Positions 10,068 through 20,591 are shown, counted from the stretch's first letter. The stretch is DNA of 64,000 bases from Candidatus Levyibacteriota bacterium (GCA_052034235.1 JBPOIT010000011.1:37756-101755); one strand, 5' to 3'. A program made the numbers and translations. The notes: generated by a model not told the origin, from the sequence alone.

Positions 10068-10238
10068 TTAAAGTTTGAGTAATTCTAAAACCTTATAAAC
10101 AACAACTGCTGGCCAGAATATGGCCATTATGATACCAATTAGGCCGTCTAGAAATGATGTGGAGGTCTGTAAAAAGTATACAAGCGCTCCAATAACACCC
10201 AAGCCGTAAAGCCCTCCTGTTCCCGCGTTACATTTCAT
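10068..10238 (-). CDS. Small two-TM membrane protein (56 aa)
   Basis: MKCNAGTGGLYGLGVIGALVYF...IFWPAVVVYKVLELLKL; SD GAAGGGGGTGA before ATG 10238. Confidence 0.8.
   Translation of the reverse strand: MKCNAGTGGLYGLGVIGALVYFLQTSTSFLDGLIGIIMAIFWPAVVVYKVLELLKL
10078..10121. repeat. 44-bp perfect direct repeat, copy 2 (att-like)
   Basis: Identical to 8715-8758; spacing 1363 bp. Confidence 0.95.
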
Positions 10239-10351
10239 GTTACTCACCCCCTTCACACCACTATTCTATACCTGTATATTTACCCACACAATGATCTATC
10301 TCACGATATTATTAATTTTCCATACATTAAGGCTATGGTATAATCTATCTA

Positions 10352-10531
10352 ATGAAAGAACATCCATCAGTAGCAGAACGAAGTAATGGTCGCTTTGCTG
10401 GAATGTTCTTGGTATTTCGACGCAGAAAACCAGAACCTCAAAAATCACGACTAGATTATCATCAACTCCAAGATACTGTTGCTCGTACCGTATTGTCTAT
10501 CGGCCTCCAGCAAAACTCACGTAAACGATAG
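10352..10531 (+). CDS. Small basic hypothetical protein (59 aa), not in ORF track
   Basis: MKEHPSVAERSNGRFAGMFLVFRRRKPE...NSRKR; TGGTATAAT 7 nt upstream; fills an otherwise empty gap. Confidence 0.5.
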   Translation: MKEHPSVAERSNGRFAGMFLVFRRRKPEPQKSRLDYHQLQDTVARTVLSIGLQQNSRKR

Positions 10532-10560
10532 TCTCAAATTTTTCGATATACTATACTGCA

Positions 10561-10803
10561 ATGAAGATTTCTGTTATCGTCCATCCAAATGCAAAACAGC
10601 CTAGGGTTGAAAAAGATCTATTGGAAGTGCTGCATGTATATGTATCTCAACCTCCTCTTGAAGGGAAAGCAAATGCAGCAGTTATAAACACCTTGGCTGA
10701 GCATTTAAAGGTAAAACGAAATCAAATACTTCTCATTTCTGGTGAAAAAACAAAATATAAAGTGTTTCAAATTAACTCTGCATTCTTGACAAATTCTTCA
10801 TAA
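10561..10803 (+). CDS. DUF167/YggU family protein
   Basis: VHPNAK...VSQPPLEGKANAAVI...LISGEKTKYK. Confidence 0.9.
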   Translation: MKISVIVHPNAKQPRVEKDLLEVLHVYVSQPPLEGKANAAVINTLAEHLKVKRNQILLISGEKTKYKVFQINSAFLTNSS

Positions 10804-10841
10804 AAAGAGACTATAAATAGAGAAGATAAATATACACACCT

Positions 10842-11777
10842 ATGGATCAAAATATTCCAAACTCTAGCCCAACTGTAAATCCGGTAAAGAATCCCGAACC
10901 TCCGGTTAATCAACCACCAGTTGAACATGAGCAATCCTTTCAGCTAAATCAAACGCCAGCCACAACTCCACCACCTAGTAAAAAGCTTTCGATTCCTGTG
11001 GTGATTGTCCTTTTAATCCTTTCGTTCTTAGGAGGACTTTTCCTTGCAAGTTGGTATTATCAGAATCAGCTCGTAGATCTTAACAAAGCAAAGAAAGAAG
11101 TTGCTCCTGTAACAGCTAAAAATGAACTCATCATCGGAACAGATCCAACTGCGCCACCTATGGAATCATTAAGCGCATCAGGAACACTTATCGGATATGA
11201 CATAGACTTGGGTAATCGCATTGCTGATGGGTTAGATATGAAAGCAAAATTTGTCTCTACACCATGGGATACGATATTTGAGGATTTGGAAAATGGAAAA
11301 ATTGACGTCATTATTTCATCAGTCACCATTAATGAAGAGCGTAAGCAGAAATATGGTTTTTCTGAACCGTATATAAATGCAGGGCAAGTTATTGTATCCA
11401 GAAAGGATAATCAAATCACATCTGTTGAACAGTTGCGTGGAAAACGAATTTCTGTCCAAAAAGGCACGACCAATGAAAATGAAGCTTTAAAATACACCGC
11501 TAAAGAACTTGTCATCAGCTATGACGAGTTCGTAGTTGCTGCAAATGCAGTTTCAGTCGCATCAGCAGAGGCTATGATATCAGACTTAACTATGGCAAAA
11601 GGATTTATTGAAAAATATGATAATTTAAAAATTACGACCGATCCTTTTACAAATGAATATTACGGAGTAGTCATACGGAAAGATAATGTAGAGCTGCAAA
11701 AGAAAGTTAATGATGTATTATCAGTTCTTCGCGTCAATGGTGTCTTAACAGACTTAAAACAAAAATGGCTTGAATAG
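10842..11777 (+). CDS. Membrane-anchored family 3 (polar amino acid) substrate-binding protein
   Basis: GTDPTAPPME, GYDIDLG, SSVTINEERK, VQKGTT; Pro-rich N-terminus then one TM. Confidence 0.9.
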   Translation: MDQNIPNSSPTVNPVKNPEPPVNQPPVEHEQSFQLNQTPATTPPPSKKLSIPVVIVLLILSFLGGLFLASWYYQNQLVDLNKAKKEVAPVTAKNELIIGTDPTAPPMESLSASGTLIGYDIDLGNRIADGLDMKAKFVSTPWDTIFEDLENGKIDVIISSVTINEERKQKYGFSEPYINAGQVIVSRKDNQITSVEQLRGKRISVQKGTTNENEALKYTAKELVISYDEFVVAANAVSVASAEAMISDLTMAKGFIEKYDNLKITTDPFTNEYYGVVIRKDNVELQKKVNDVLSVLRVNGVLTDLKQKWLE

Positions 11778-11792
11778 CCTTACCTCGAATGA

Positions 11793-14033
11793 ATGAAATT
11801 AACGATACGAGCAAAATTACTGATAGGATTTACCTTGTTACTCCTTTTGTCTTCACTAGGGCTCGCCTTTTCATTCACAGCAACAGGTGACTACATTTCC
11901 TCACTCACCAAAGATAATCAGGCACAGGAAGCGAAAAAAGGTTCAGTACAAATTCAAAATTTCTTTACCAATATAAATGATATAACTTTTGGACTCGCTC
12001 GAACCTACAAAGATACTTTTTTAAATGCAAGTCAGTCGGCAGCATTTACAGATTTTAGTGCAATCAATCGCTATAGTATTCAAAATAATGAGCAGATCAA
12101 TAAAATAACCTACCTCTTACCTTCAGGACGACAACTCTATCGATTTGATATCCATGGACAAGTACCCCAGGATAGTTTGAATTATGAAGTTTATTCAGAC
12201 GCTTTCACTAATGCAGCACATGGAAAAACATCCATTTCAAAAGTGTACTTTATAGATCAATCATTAGGTCCACATTTAGATGTTTTTTCTCCTATTTATG
12301 ACAACAACCACACGGTGCGAAGTATCGTTAAGATGCAAATCAAACTTGAATCTCTGCGCAAGAAACTCGAAACGATTAAGTATGGTGAAAGGGGGTTTTT
12401 ATATGTTGTCGATGAAGAAGGTCGCCTCATAACACACCCATCCCAGCAATATGTTATACAGCGGCCAAACTTAACATCCCGAAAAATCGTTGCTATGACC
12501 GCACAGAACAAAAAGATAACTAAAAACGATGAAACTTATGTGAACGAAAAAAATATACCTGTTATTGCCAAGGCTGAGAAAATTCCAGGTATCAACTGGA
12601 TTGCAATTATTGAAGAACCACAAGTCGATGCAAATAGCTATCTCATTTTTCTTCGTAATCTTTTTATCAGTACCTTCATTGGAGCCTCACTCTTATTACT
12701 GCTTGTTTCACTCTATCTCAGCGAAAATTTCACACGGCCGATTAGACGATTACAGAAAGACGCTGAGAAAATTGAGAAAAAGCAAATGGACACTATGGAA
12801 ATAATAAAAACCGGAGATGAGATTGAAGCGTTATCGCGATCGTTTAGTTCAATGGTGAACCAATTATTATTACGCGAAAGCTCGATAAAAAATGAAAACC
12901 AAAAAATGATGACCTTACAACAATCCCTTTCAGATGCTGTGATTGGCCTTGATTCAGAATATCAAATTATCGCATTCAATAGAGCAACTGAAAAAATTAC
13001 AGGTTTTAAAGCGGAAGAAGTAAAGGGGAAACATATAAACGAAGTCTTATTGCTTTACTCTGATCACGAGAGAATTATATTTGATACATATAGCGATCAA
13101 AATCCATCAATGAAAGAAAAACTCCGCGAAAAAGGCTTAAGAATGACAAACACACGGGGAGAAAAACTTACTATTTCAATTACTACCTCCCCTATTCTTT
13201 TTGACGATAAAAAGACAGGTTATATCATAGCATTCCATGATATGACGAAAGAGCATGAACTGGAAGAAATGAAACTGGACTTTGTGTCTATGGCTGCACA
13301 TGAACTTCGTACACCTTTAACAGCAATTAGAGGCTATGCATCAATTCTTCAGCAACAGAAACAAGATCTTCTGGATGTTGTAGGAAAAGAAATGCTTCGA
13401 AAACTTATTATCACCGGTGAAAATCTAAGTAACCTGATAGATAATTTGTTAAGCGTTTCACGTATTGAACGCAATATGTTTAGTCTTGATAAAAAACCGG
13501 TAAAGGTAGATATGCTCATTACCAATGTCGTTGATACGCTAAAAAATCAAACGACAATGAAAAAACAACAATTGAACATTAAAGTCCCAGGCGATCTCCC
13601 CGAAATTATGGCTGATCCGTTTCGTATCACGCAGGTAATTTTAAACCTTGCCGCAAATGCGAGTAATTATACTTTTGAGAATGGAAGTATTACTATAGAA
13701 GCGCAAAAAAAGGACGGCTTTATTCAAGTATCTGTAACAGATTCGGGGCAAGGCATTCCAAAAGAAGCATTATCCAAGCTTTTTACTAAGTTCTTTAGAG
13801 TATCGGGCACACTTGAGCAAGGATCCAAAGGGACAGGATTAGGGCTTTATATTTCCAAATCGATAATAGAAATGCATAACGGTAAAATTTGGGTAGAAAG
13901 CGAGGTCGGCAAAGGATCAATATTTACTTTCGAACTTCCAACAGCTACTGATGAAGACATCAAACAATACAACGAACGAAACACAGCTCTCAAACTCTCA
14001 CAAGCAAACACACCTACCATACACCATAGCTAA
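11793..14033 (+). CDS. Sensor histidine kinase (Cache-like, HAMP, PAS, HisKA, HATPase)
   Basis: AAHELRTPL H-box, NLAANASNY, DSGQGI, GTGLGL; two TMs flanking a periplasmic domain. Confidence 0.95.
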   Translation: MKLTIRAKLLIGFTLLLLLSSLGLAFSFTATGDYISSLTKDNQAQEAKKGSVQIQNFFTNINDITFGLARTYKDTFLNASQSAAFTDFSAINRYSIQNNEQINKITYLLPSGRQLYRFDIHGQVPQDSLNYEVYSDAFTNAAHGKTSISKVYFIDQSLGPHLDVFSPIYDNNHTVRSIVKMQIKLESLRKKLETIKYGERGFLYVVDEEGRLITHPSQQYVIQRPNLTSRKIVAMTAQNKKITKNDETYVNEKNIPVIAKAEKIPGINWIAIIEEPQVDANSYLIFLRNLFISTFIGASLLLLLVSLYLSENFTRPIRRLQKDAEKIEKKQMDTMEIIKTGDEIEALSRSFSSMVNQLLLRESSIKNENQKMMTLQQSLSDAVIGLDSEYQIIAFNRATEKITGFKAEEVKGKHINEVLLLYSDHERIIFDTYSDQNPSMKEKLREKGLRMTNTRGEKLTISITTSPILFDDKKTGYIIAFHDMTKEHELEEMKLDFVSMAAHELRTPLTAIRGYASILQQQKQDLLDVVGKEMLRKLIITGENLSNLIDNLLSVSRIERNMFSLDKKPVKVDMLITNVVDTLKNQTTMKKQQLNIKVPGDLPEIMADPFRITQVILNLAANASNYTFENGSITIEAQKKDGFIQVSVTDSGQGIPKEALSKLFTKFFRVSGTLEQGSKGTGLGLYISKSIIEMHNGKIWVESEVGKGSIFTFELPTATDEDIKQYNERNTALKLSQANTPTIHHS

Positions 14034-14053
14034 TATACCAATGATGACTGAGG

Positions 14054-16261
14054 TTAATTGTTTGGGGCAATTGGAATTCCTGCGGTATTGACGTTTGGAA
14101 ATGGTATATCAGTAGGTTGAGGAACTGACGGTTTTTTCATAGGATTAAACGCCAACAGAAATGCTAAACCTTTATTTCTGTCAGGAGAAATATAATTCTG
14201 AAAATCTTTGTCAGTTCGCAATTCTTCAGGCAAACTTTTCCAAAATTCTTGCCAGGTAAAATCATCACCCTTTAACAAGGCTTCAGATAATTTCACCAAA
14301 ATTCCATCATTAATTTTCATGGTTCCCGTACTCTTGGTAGCAATAATTTGATTCTTCAGCACTGCCTCTAAGTTACCATACCCACCGCAAGATCCTAAAA
14401 AAACGAGCTCTACACCAGGTGGGATATGTGAGATAGTTTTCTCAACATGAGTGCTATGTCCGCGATGAGCAGCAACTTTCACCTGCTTACCCGCAACATC
14501 TAAAGCAGTCTCTATATCTTTTATACCCTTAACATCTTCAGAAGGTTTATTTGCCCAAATTTCTACTTTCTTTCCATTTACTTCTTGCGTTAGCACAATA
14601 TAACTTCCTTTATCAACAACCTTTACTCCATTTTTTTCTGTTGTTGGAATTTTGGCTATTATTCCCTGTTCATCCCACACTGCATCAAACCCATAACTAT
14701 TGAGCATATGCTTAAATGAATTATGACCGTCTAGTCGCTCCTCCCCTTTATCATTATAAAAATAGAATTGTTGCACATTTGTGTTATTAGCATCAAAAAA
14801 ATCTGCTGGTTTGACCTGATTCAAACTTGGTAGCGAATATTCCAAGCGAAGTTGTTTAATTATTGGATTCTCACTTCCATTATCTGCCAATACAGCTCCC
14901 AATAAGCCATATAGCTTTCTAGCATCCTTCCCAGTATGTCTATCCTCTGATACTCGTTTATATTCACTAATAATTAAATCTTCAAGCATCCGACGTTGGG
15001 CTGTATCTGAAATTGTTCCGAGAATATCAGCGGCTACCATGCCCTGTTCTGTAGGATTCTCTGCCTGTTCCAATCCCTTAACTGCGGTTAACAAAACCGC
15101 TGTCGCGTCTTCTTTTTTCATTGTACCGAGGAATTCATCAAGACGATTAAACTCTACAAGTTGCTTTACAAAACTGCTACGGCGAACATTACCAACCTGT
15201 GTAAGCAGTTCATTTCCATCTATGTGATTTGTTTGCATATCGGCCATCATTCTATTAAATAAACCATTAAACGATGAGGTATAAATACGACCGTCATTGT
15301 ATGCTATAAGTGGGTAAATTAGTTTTGCGGGTAAGCCCTCTACAACAGAGAATCTTTCAGAATCTTCTTGATCATGAAGATTATTTATATAGCTAACTTT
15401 ATTTTCAGCTATATTTAAAATTTCCCGTTCAACTGCAAAAGCTGCCAGATGATCAGGTACAGACTTAATATCTATAAGTTTTTTTAAGGCTATATTAGGA
15501 TGATTTAGCTGCCAATCCGCTGTGTCTTCATTTAAATTTCCGTTCATCATATCTTCAAGCAATATTCCTGTAGTTGGCATCGATAACGAGGCTATCTTTT
15601 TAACCACAGGGGATGCTTCAGGGTCATTTGCAAGTATTTCATCGAAAAGCTCTCTATAATGATCTTCTGCAATGAGTCGTGGATCTTGTACAAAAGCTGC
15701 TTCTAATAACTTTTTATATTCTTCTTTCACTAATAAACCTTTGAGATTTTTTTCATATTTCATATACGTTTCGGGAGACTGCGCAGTCAGATGCTCTATC
15801 TCCTTTTTAATTTCAGGTGTTATTTTTATGTATGGAACCATTCGTAGAAACTCGTCAGGATCTTTTTTCCTGAGCATTATGAGATCGCCCATAATTTCAG
15901 GGGTTAATACCGGTGGATGCTCTGTTGTAACCATTTGAGGTTCTTTTTTTTGTCCTACCGCATTTATTCTCTCAGTTATACTCTCGATTGTTAAAAATTT
16001 TTGTTCCTGCACCTGCTCAATCCCCTGATTAACTTTAAAGGATGATTCATTACCGGGAGATGAATCGATAGTGGATTTTGAAAAAGGATTAACAAGAGTA
16101 AGAACTGCAAGCCCAGCACTCATAGCTCTCGTTGTTCTATCAAATCTACGAACTGGTGGTTCTCCTCTTGGTGGTGAGGACCGAGCCTCATGTTGTCCAT
16201 GACGTGCTGAATGCTTTGATTTTAATGTCTCGTATATACTATCATCTCGTGTTTCACTCAT
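14054..16261 (-). CDS. Large hypothetical protein; C-terminal HRGHS...LGSCGG (possible His-Cys peptidase)
   Basis: Long ORF, likely start MSETR at 16261; single hydrophobic segment near N-terminus. Confidence 0.6.
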   Translation of the reverse strand: MSETRDDSIYETLKSKHSARHGQHEARSSPPRGEPPVRRFDRTTRAMSAGLAVLTLVNPFSKSTIDSSPGNESSFKVNQGIEQVQEQKFLTIESITERINAVGQKKEPQMVTTEHPPVLTPEIMGDLIMLRKKDPDEFLRMVPYIKITPEIKKEIEHLTAQSPETYMKYEKNLKGLLVKEEYKKLLEAAFVQDPRLIAEDHYRELFDEILANDPEASPVVKKIASLSMPTTGILLEDMMNGNLNEDTADWQLNHPNIALKKLIDIKSVPDHLAAFAVEREILNIAENKVSYINNLHDQEDSERFSVVEGLPAKLIYPLIAYNDGRIYTSSFNGLFNRMMADMQTNHIDGNELLTQVGNVRRSSFVKQLVEFNRLDEFLGTMKKEDATAVLLTAVKGLEQAENPTEQGMVAADILGTISDTAQRRMLEDLIISEYKRVSEDRHTGKDARKLYGLLGAVLADNGSENPIIKQLRLEYSLPSLNQVKPADFFDANNTNVQQFYFYNDKGEERLDGHNSFKHMLNSYGFDAVWDEQGIIAKIPTTEKNGVKVVDKGSYIVLTQEVNGKKVEIWANKPSEDVKGIKDIETALDVAGKQVKVAAHRGHSTHVEKTISHIPPGVELVFLGSCGGYGNLEAVLKNQIIATKSTGTMKINDGILVKLSEALLKGDDFTWQEFWKSLPEELRTDKDFQNYISPDRNKGLAFLLAFNPMKKPSVPQPTDIPFPNVNTAGIPIAPNN

Positions 16262-16432
16262 ATTCGTGTACTTAAATAATACCATAACATGATATTTATA
16301 TTTATAACTTGAATTGCTTTTTAATAAAATTAAAAATTCTGGCAGCCAAAAACTATCATGATCTTTATCACGAGGTGAGCAATTTGACAATAAAAATGAT
16401 TCATTGTACCATGCTACATATCATATGATTAG

Positions 16433-17761
16433 ATGTTTACCTCAAACAGCAAATACATATCGCTAGTCGTTTTTATTACCCTTTTATTTACAATTGGCAA
16501 TCTTTTTCTGCTATATAAAAACGTGCAAACGATAAGAGCAAACGCAGCCTCAGTCAACCATACCCACACCGTCAAACAAGAACTAGCAGGAATCTTGCAA
16601 GCCCTGACCGATGCTGAAACTGGTCAGCGCGGTTATTTAATAACAAATGATGAGAGGTATCTAAAGCCTTATATCGATGCTAAACCTACTATGTTTAGGT
16701 ATTTAAACGATGTTGAAAATTTAACCCACGATAACCCAATACAACAAGCCAACGTCGACGAATTAAGAGCATTAGTGCAACAACGTATGAACTGGCTTGA
16801 AGAAGGTGTTAAAATGCGAACTGAACAAAATTACGAATCTGCACAGACTTTTATAACCACTGGTGTTGGTATAACGACAATGATTGAGGTGCGAGAGAAA
16901 GTATCAGCCATGCTGATCGAAGAAGATCGACTCCTGAAAGTGCGTGAAAATCAAACGAATAGCAGTTTTAGAACCCTCAATATTACGAGCGGCATTGGAG
17001 GTTTATTTAATATTGGATTAATACTTTTGTCTTTCTATTTAATAAAAGAAGAACTACAACGGCGTAATCAACTTGAGAAGAACAAAGACGATTTTATCAG
17101 TATGGCGAGTCATGAATTAAAAACGCCAATTACAAGTCTAAATATTTACACACAAATCGCCGTAAAAAATCTTGAGAGAAAAAAGTATACCGAGACAAAA
17201 AAGCTGCTTGAGAAAATAACCAACCAAACAGCTCGACTATCCTCACTCGTTACGGATTTACTGGATATCTCACGTGTTCAGACAGGAAAATTAAAAATTG
17301 AACACTCCCCTTTTGATATCGATGCACTCATTCATGAAACGGTCGAAAGTATCCAGCAAACGACAGCAAAGCATAAAATTACCGTAAAATCTACTATAAA
17401 ACGTCAGGTAAACGGAGATAGATATCGCATTTATCAAGTGTTAACAAACTTGCTAACGAACGCTGTCAAATATTCTCCCAAAGGAAAGAAAATTACCGTA
17501 CATGCGAAATCAACACGTAAAGAAGTAGTTATTGCTATAAAAGATCAAGGTATCGGTATTGAAAAGAAACATCAAAAAAAGATATTTCAAAAACTTTATC
17601 AAGTAACTGACTCTCATGGGAATACCTATCCTGGATTTGGGATCGGACTTTATATCAGTTCACAAATAATCAGGCAGCACCGTGGAAAAATTTGGGTAGA
17701 AAGTAAAAAAGAGAAAGGTTCAACATTCTCTTTTAGCATTCCGTTTAATGATAATGCATGA
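16433..17761 (+). CDS. CHASE3-domain sensor histidine kinase
   Basis: DAETGQRGYLIT CHASE3 signature; SHELKTPI H-box; GFGIGL. Confidence 0.95.
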   Translation: MFTSNSKYISLVVFITLLFTIGNLFLLYKNVQTIRANAASVNHTHTVKQELAGILQALTDAETGQRGYLITNDERYLKPYIDAKPTMFRYLNDVENLTHDNPIQQANVDELRALVQQRMNWLEEGVKMRTEQNYESAQTFITTGVGITTMIEVREKVSAMLIEEDRLLKVRENQTNSSFRTLNITSGIGGLFNIGLILLSFYLIKEELQRRNQLEKNKDDFISMASHELKTPITSLNIYTQIAVKNLERKKYTETKKLLEKITNQTARLSSLVTDLLDISRVQTGKLKIEHSPFDIDALIHETVESIQQTTAKHKITVKSTIKRQVNGDRYRIYQVLTNLLTNAVKYSPKGKKITVHAKSTRKEVVIAIKDQGIGIEKKHQKKIFQKLYQVTDSHGNTYPGFGIGLYISSQIIRQHRGKIWVESKKEKGSTFSFSIPFNDNA

Positions 17762-17818
17762 ACCTGCATTTTTAAAAAACTCTTGCCAATTGTTGAGTTG
17801 TGATGTATTATTACGATA

Positions 17819-18325
17819 ATGAGTGATTTTGAAGAAAAGAAAGACCAAGAACCGGAAGAAAAATCAGAGAAAAAAGTTTCTGGTTTTAAAAAACTTCGCG
17901 GTAACCGAAAATTCCGACTTATTTTTATTGGAGTTTTGCTCGTTATAATTGGGGTACTTTTTTACTTCTTTGAAAAGCTTCGTATTGTTCTTGCAATCGC
18001 CTTTATCGCACTTCTCGCAGCATTCGGTCTTGAAGCTTCACAAAATGATTGGGATCTCGGAAAATTATGGGAAACAAAATCTTTCCAGGAATCAAAAGTC
18101 ACTCGTGACGAAAAAGGTAATATTATGTTTGATAAATTGGGTAATATTACTACAGATTCCAGCAAAGGCAAACAAGCAGATGATTATAACTGCAATGACT
18201 TTGCAAACAAACCAGAAGCACAATCCTTCTTTACTAAAGTTGGCGGCACTGGAAACGATTTGAATAGATTAGATGGTGACAAAGACGGCGAAGCTTGTGA
18301 AAGTCTTCCTAAAACAAGTAAATAA
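17819..18325 (+). CDS. Membrane protein with C-terminal Excalibur Ca-binding domain
   Basis: Two TMs; DYNCNDF...LDGDKDGEACE. Confidence 0.8.
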   Translation: MSDFEEKKDQEPEEKSEKKVSGFKKLRGNRKFRLIFIGVLLVIIGVLFYFFEKLRIVLAIAFIALLAAFGLEASQNDWDLGKLWETKSFQESKVTRDEKGNIMFDKLGNITTDSSKGKQADDYNCNDFANKPEAQSFFTKVGGTGNDLNRLDGDKDGEACESLPKTSK

Positions 18326-19210
18326 TTACCCCTTTTTCTTCATATCTCTACATCCGTGAGGACAAAGAATAACTCCATCTTTAGGTCGACAATCCATACA
18401 CATAATTAAATGTCTGTGGCATTTATCATTACTACAATTTATATACTCCTCACTGATCTTTCCACATTGAGCGCATCTTCCAACAATTTCGTGTTTACTA
18501 CTTTCCGTTTCAAAGCCCATGAGTATGCGATTATCAAAAACATATAATTTACCTTTAAAATCTTCGTTGGGATATTTTGCCATATAGGTCACAATCCCAT
18601 CCTGAAGTTGATAGATATCTTTAAAACCATGTTTGAGTAGTAAACCTGAAGCACGCTCACAACGAATCCCGCCTGTACACACTGTGACAATAGGCCTGTC
18701 ATTATATTTTTTAAGCTTTGGAAGTACCTTTGGTAAATCACGAAATGTTTCAATTGGCGGTAAAATAGAGCCTTCAAATCGACCACTATTATGCTCATAA
18801 TCATTTCGCATATCCATTATGTAAAACTTTTTTTTCTGTTTTATCCACTCGTGCAAATCATCTGCTGTAATATATTTTCCGGTAAGTTGCGAGGGTTCAA
18901 CATCCCACTCTTCAGTCTTATCACTTACCAAATCCTGCCTGACTCTTACTTGGAGTCGTGGAAGCGCATTTCCTGTTCCTTTACTGCGTTTAAACACAAT
19001 GTCAGAAAACCGCTTGTCTTGTTGCATTGCTTCAACATACTTTTCAGTAGATTCAATCGTCCCCTCCACCGTACCATTAATGCCGTTATGGGCAACAATA
19101 ATTCTTCCTTTAAGCCCAAGATCTAGACAAAGTTGTCTCTGACTATCACACACTTTTTGCGGCTCATCAAGAGAAACATATTTATAATAAAGGAGCACCT
19201 GATATATCAT
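18326..19210 (-). CDS. trhO: Rhodanese-domain tRNA uridine-34 hydroxylase TrhO/YceA family
   Basis: LLYYKY, GRIIVAHNGINGT, DMRNDYE..GRF, CTGGIRCE, GKLYVFDNR. Confidence 0.9.
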   Translation of the reverse strand: MIYQVLLYYKYVSLDEPQKVCDSQRQLCLDLGLKGRIIVAHNGINGTVEGTIESTEKYVEAMQQDKRFSDIVFKRSKGTGNALPRLQVRVRQDLVSDKTEEWDVEPSQLTGKYITADDLHEWIKQKKKFYIMDMRNDYEHNSGRFEGSILPPIETFRDLPKVLPKLKKYNDRPIVTVCTGGIRCERASGLLLKHGFKDIYQLQDGIVTYMAKYPNEDFKGKLYVFDNRILMGFETESSKHEIVGRCAQCGKISEEYINCSNDKCHRHLIMCMDCRPKDGVILCPHGCRDMKKKG

Positions 19211-19302
19211 ATTTTGCTTAGATGAATTATAACAATATTTTTGAAGAAGTAAAATGTTGTGTGGAATAAGTATAATTGCTATGCTGTATATAAAGCTCAA
19301 CA

Positions 19303-20235
19303 ATGAAACCTATACTCATTTTCTTTATAGCCACAACCATGCCTCTTGTCATCTTTATTGCAACATTACTCTATGGAGATGTGAGCAATGAACAACTGAA
19401 AAAAGCTCTTAAGGAATCAGGAGTTTATGAACAAATGAGCACATATCTCGTTCGTGGAGATATTGAACTCGATGTGCCCTTCCTTAATGTCGTTAAAGAC
19501 AGGTTCACCGATGAATATTTATATACCAAAACAGAAACGGCATTAGATGTTTCCACAGCCTGGATATCCGGAAAATCACAAACGAGACCCGTCATTTCAT
19601 TTCCGGAACTTAAAGAAGATTTGAATGAGCGTGACCCTGAACTTCTTGCATCATTACAAAAAATTCCTCAGAAAGAAGATTTAGACAAAGCCGGTATAGA
19701 ACCAGAGCAACAGGAAGCATATCTCCAACAAGTAAAGCAAATAAGTGAATTCACAAAAAATGACTTTTCAATAAGACTTGATGACCATTTACAGGGTTTC
19801 AAATTTGCATATGATGGATTAAAAATAGCCTTACCGATACTTGTGCTCCTCATGTTTGGAAGTTTATTTATGGTTTGGAAACTGGCTGACGGATTGCCGG
19901 CAAAATTTAAATGGCTAGGAATTACATTTATTGTTTGTGCTGTCACTGGGTTTAGCGTTATGCTTTCTCATTCGATGATTACCTACGGTATAACAAAAGT
20001 AAGTATGCTTAATGATGCTGAGGTTGTGAAGATGCTTACACCAATTCTGCTTTCTATACTTAACCACTATATGAAACTTTACGCATCGTATCAGGAGCTC
20101 GTAGCTGCTTTCTCACTTATAGTTGCTGTCTTATGCTTTATATTGATGATTGTTACGAGGAAACAAGCGGCCCTAAGTGTGAAACCCCTCAAAGTTCAGC
20201 GCTCCTACTGGGAGAAATCTAATAAGAAGAAGTAA
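19303..20235 (+). CDS. Hypothetical membrane protein
   Basis: 310-aa ORF; N-terminal TM plus three C-terminal TMs. Confidence 0.7.
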   Translation: MKPILIFFIATTMPLVIFIATLLYGDVSNEQLKKALKESGVYEQMSTYLVRGDIELDVPFLNVVKDRFTDEYLYTKTETALDVSTAWISGKSQTRPVISFPELKEDLNERDPELLASLQKIPQKEDLDKAGIEPEQQEAYLQQVKQISEFTKNDFSIRLDDHLQGFKFAYDGLKIALPILVLLMFGSLFMVWKLADGLPAKFKWLGITFIVCAVTGFSVMLSHSMITYGITKVSMLNDAEVVKMLTPILLSILNHYMKLYASYQELVAAFSLIVAVLCFILMIVTRKQAALSVKPLKVQRSYWEKSNKKK

Positions 20236-20252
20236 GAGCGCCAAAGATTTGA

Positions 20253-20570
20253 TTATACTTTGAGAATTTTGTATTCTCCAATAAGCGGCAATGGTTTCAT
20301 TTCACCATTTGCTGCACTAATAATTCCCATTATCCAAAGGACGAGTCCACCTATACTGACTACACCACTTATCAATGAACCAATAACTGGAATAAAACTT
20401 GAGATTATATTTCCAGCAAAGAAAATAATAAGTATAATCAGCGATTGATTTGCATGAAATATCGCAAACTTTGAATTTTTTGCTGACGTAATTAAAGGGA
20501 TAAAAAATAAAATATACGATAATATCGCCATTGTTTTGTTTTGTGAAACATCACTAGATTCAGATGACAT
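20253..20570 (-). CDS. DUF4870-like small membrane protein
   Basis: MAILSYILFFIP...FHANQS...GEMKPLPLIG; SD GAAAGGAGGTG. Confidence 0.85.
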   Translation of the reverse strand: MSSESSDVSQNKTMAILSYILFFIPLITSAKNSKFAIFHANQSLIILIIFFAGNIISSFIPVIGSLISGVVSIGGLVLWIMGIISAANGEMKPLPLIGEYKILKV

Positions 20571-20591
20571 AAAAAACACCTCCTTTCTTTT

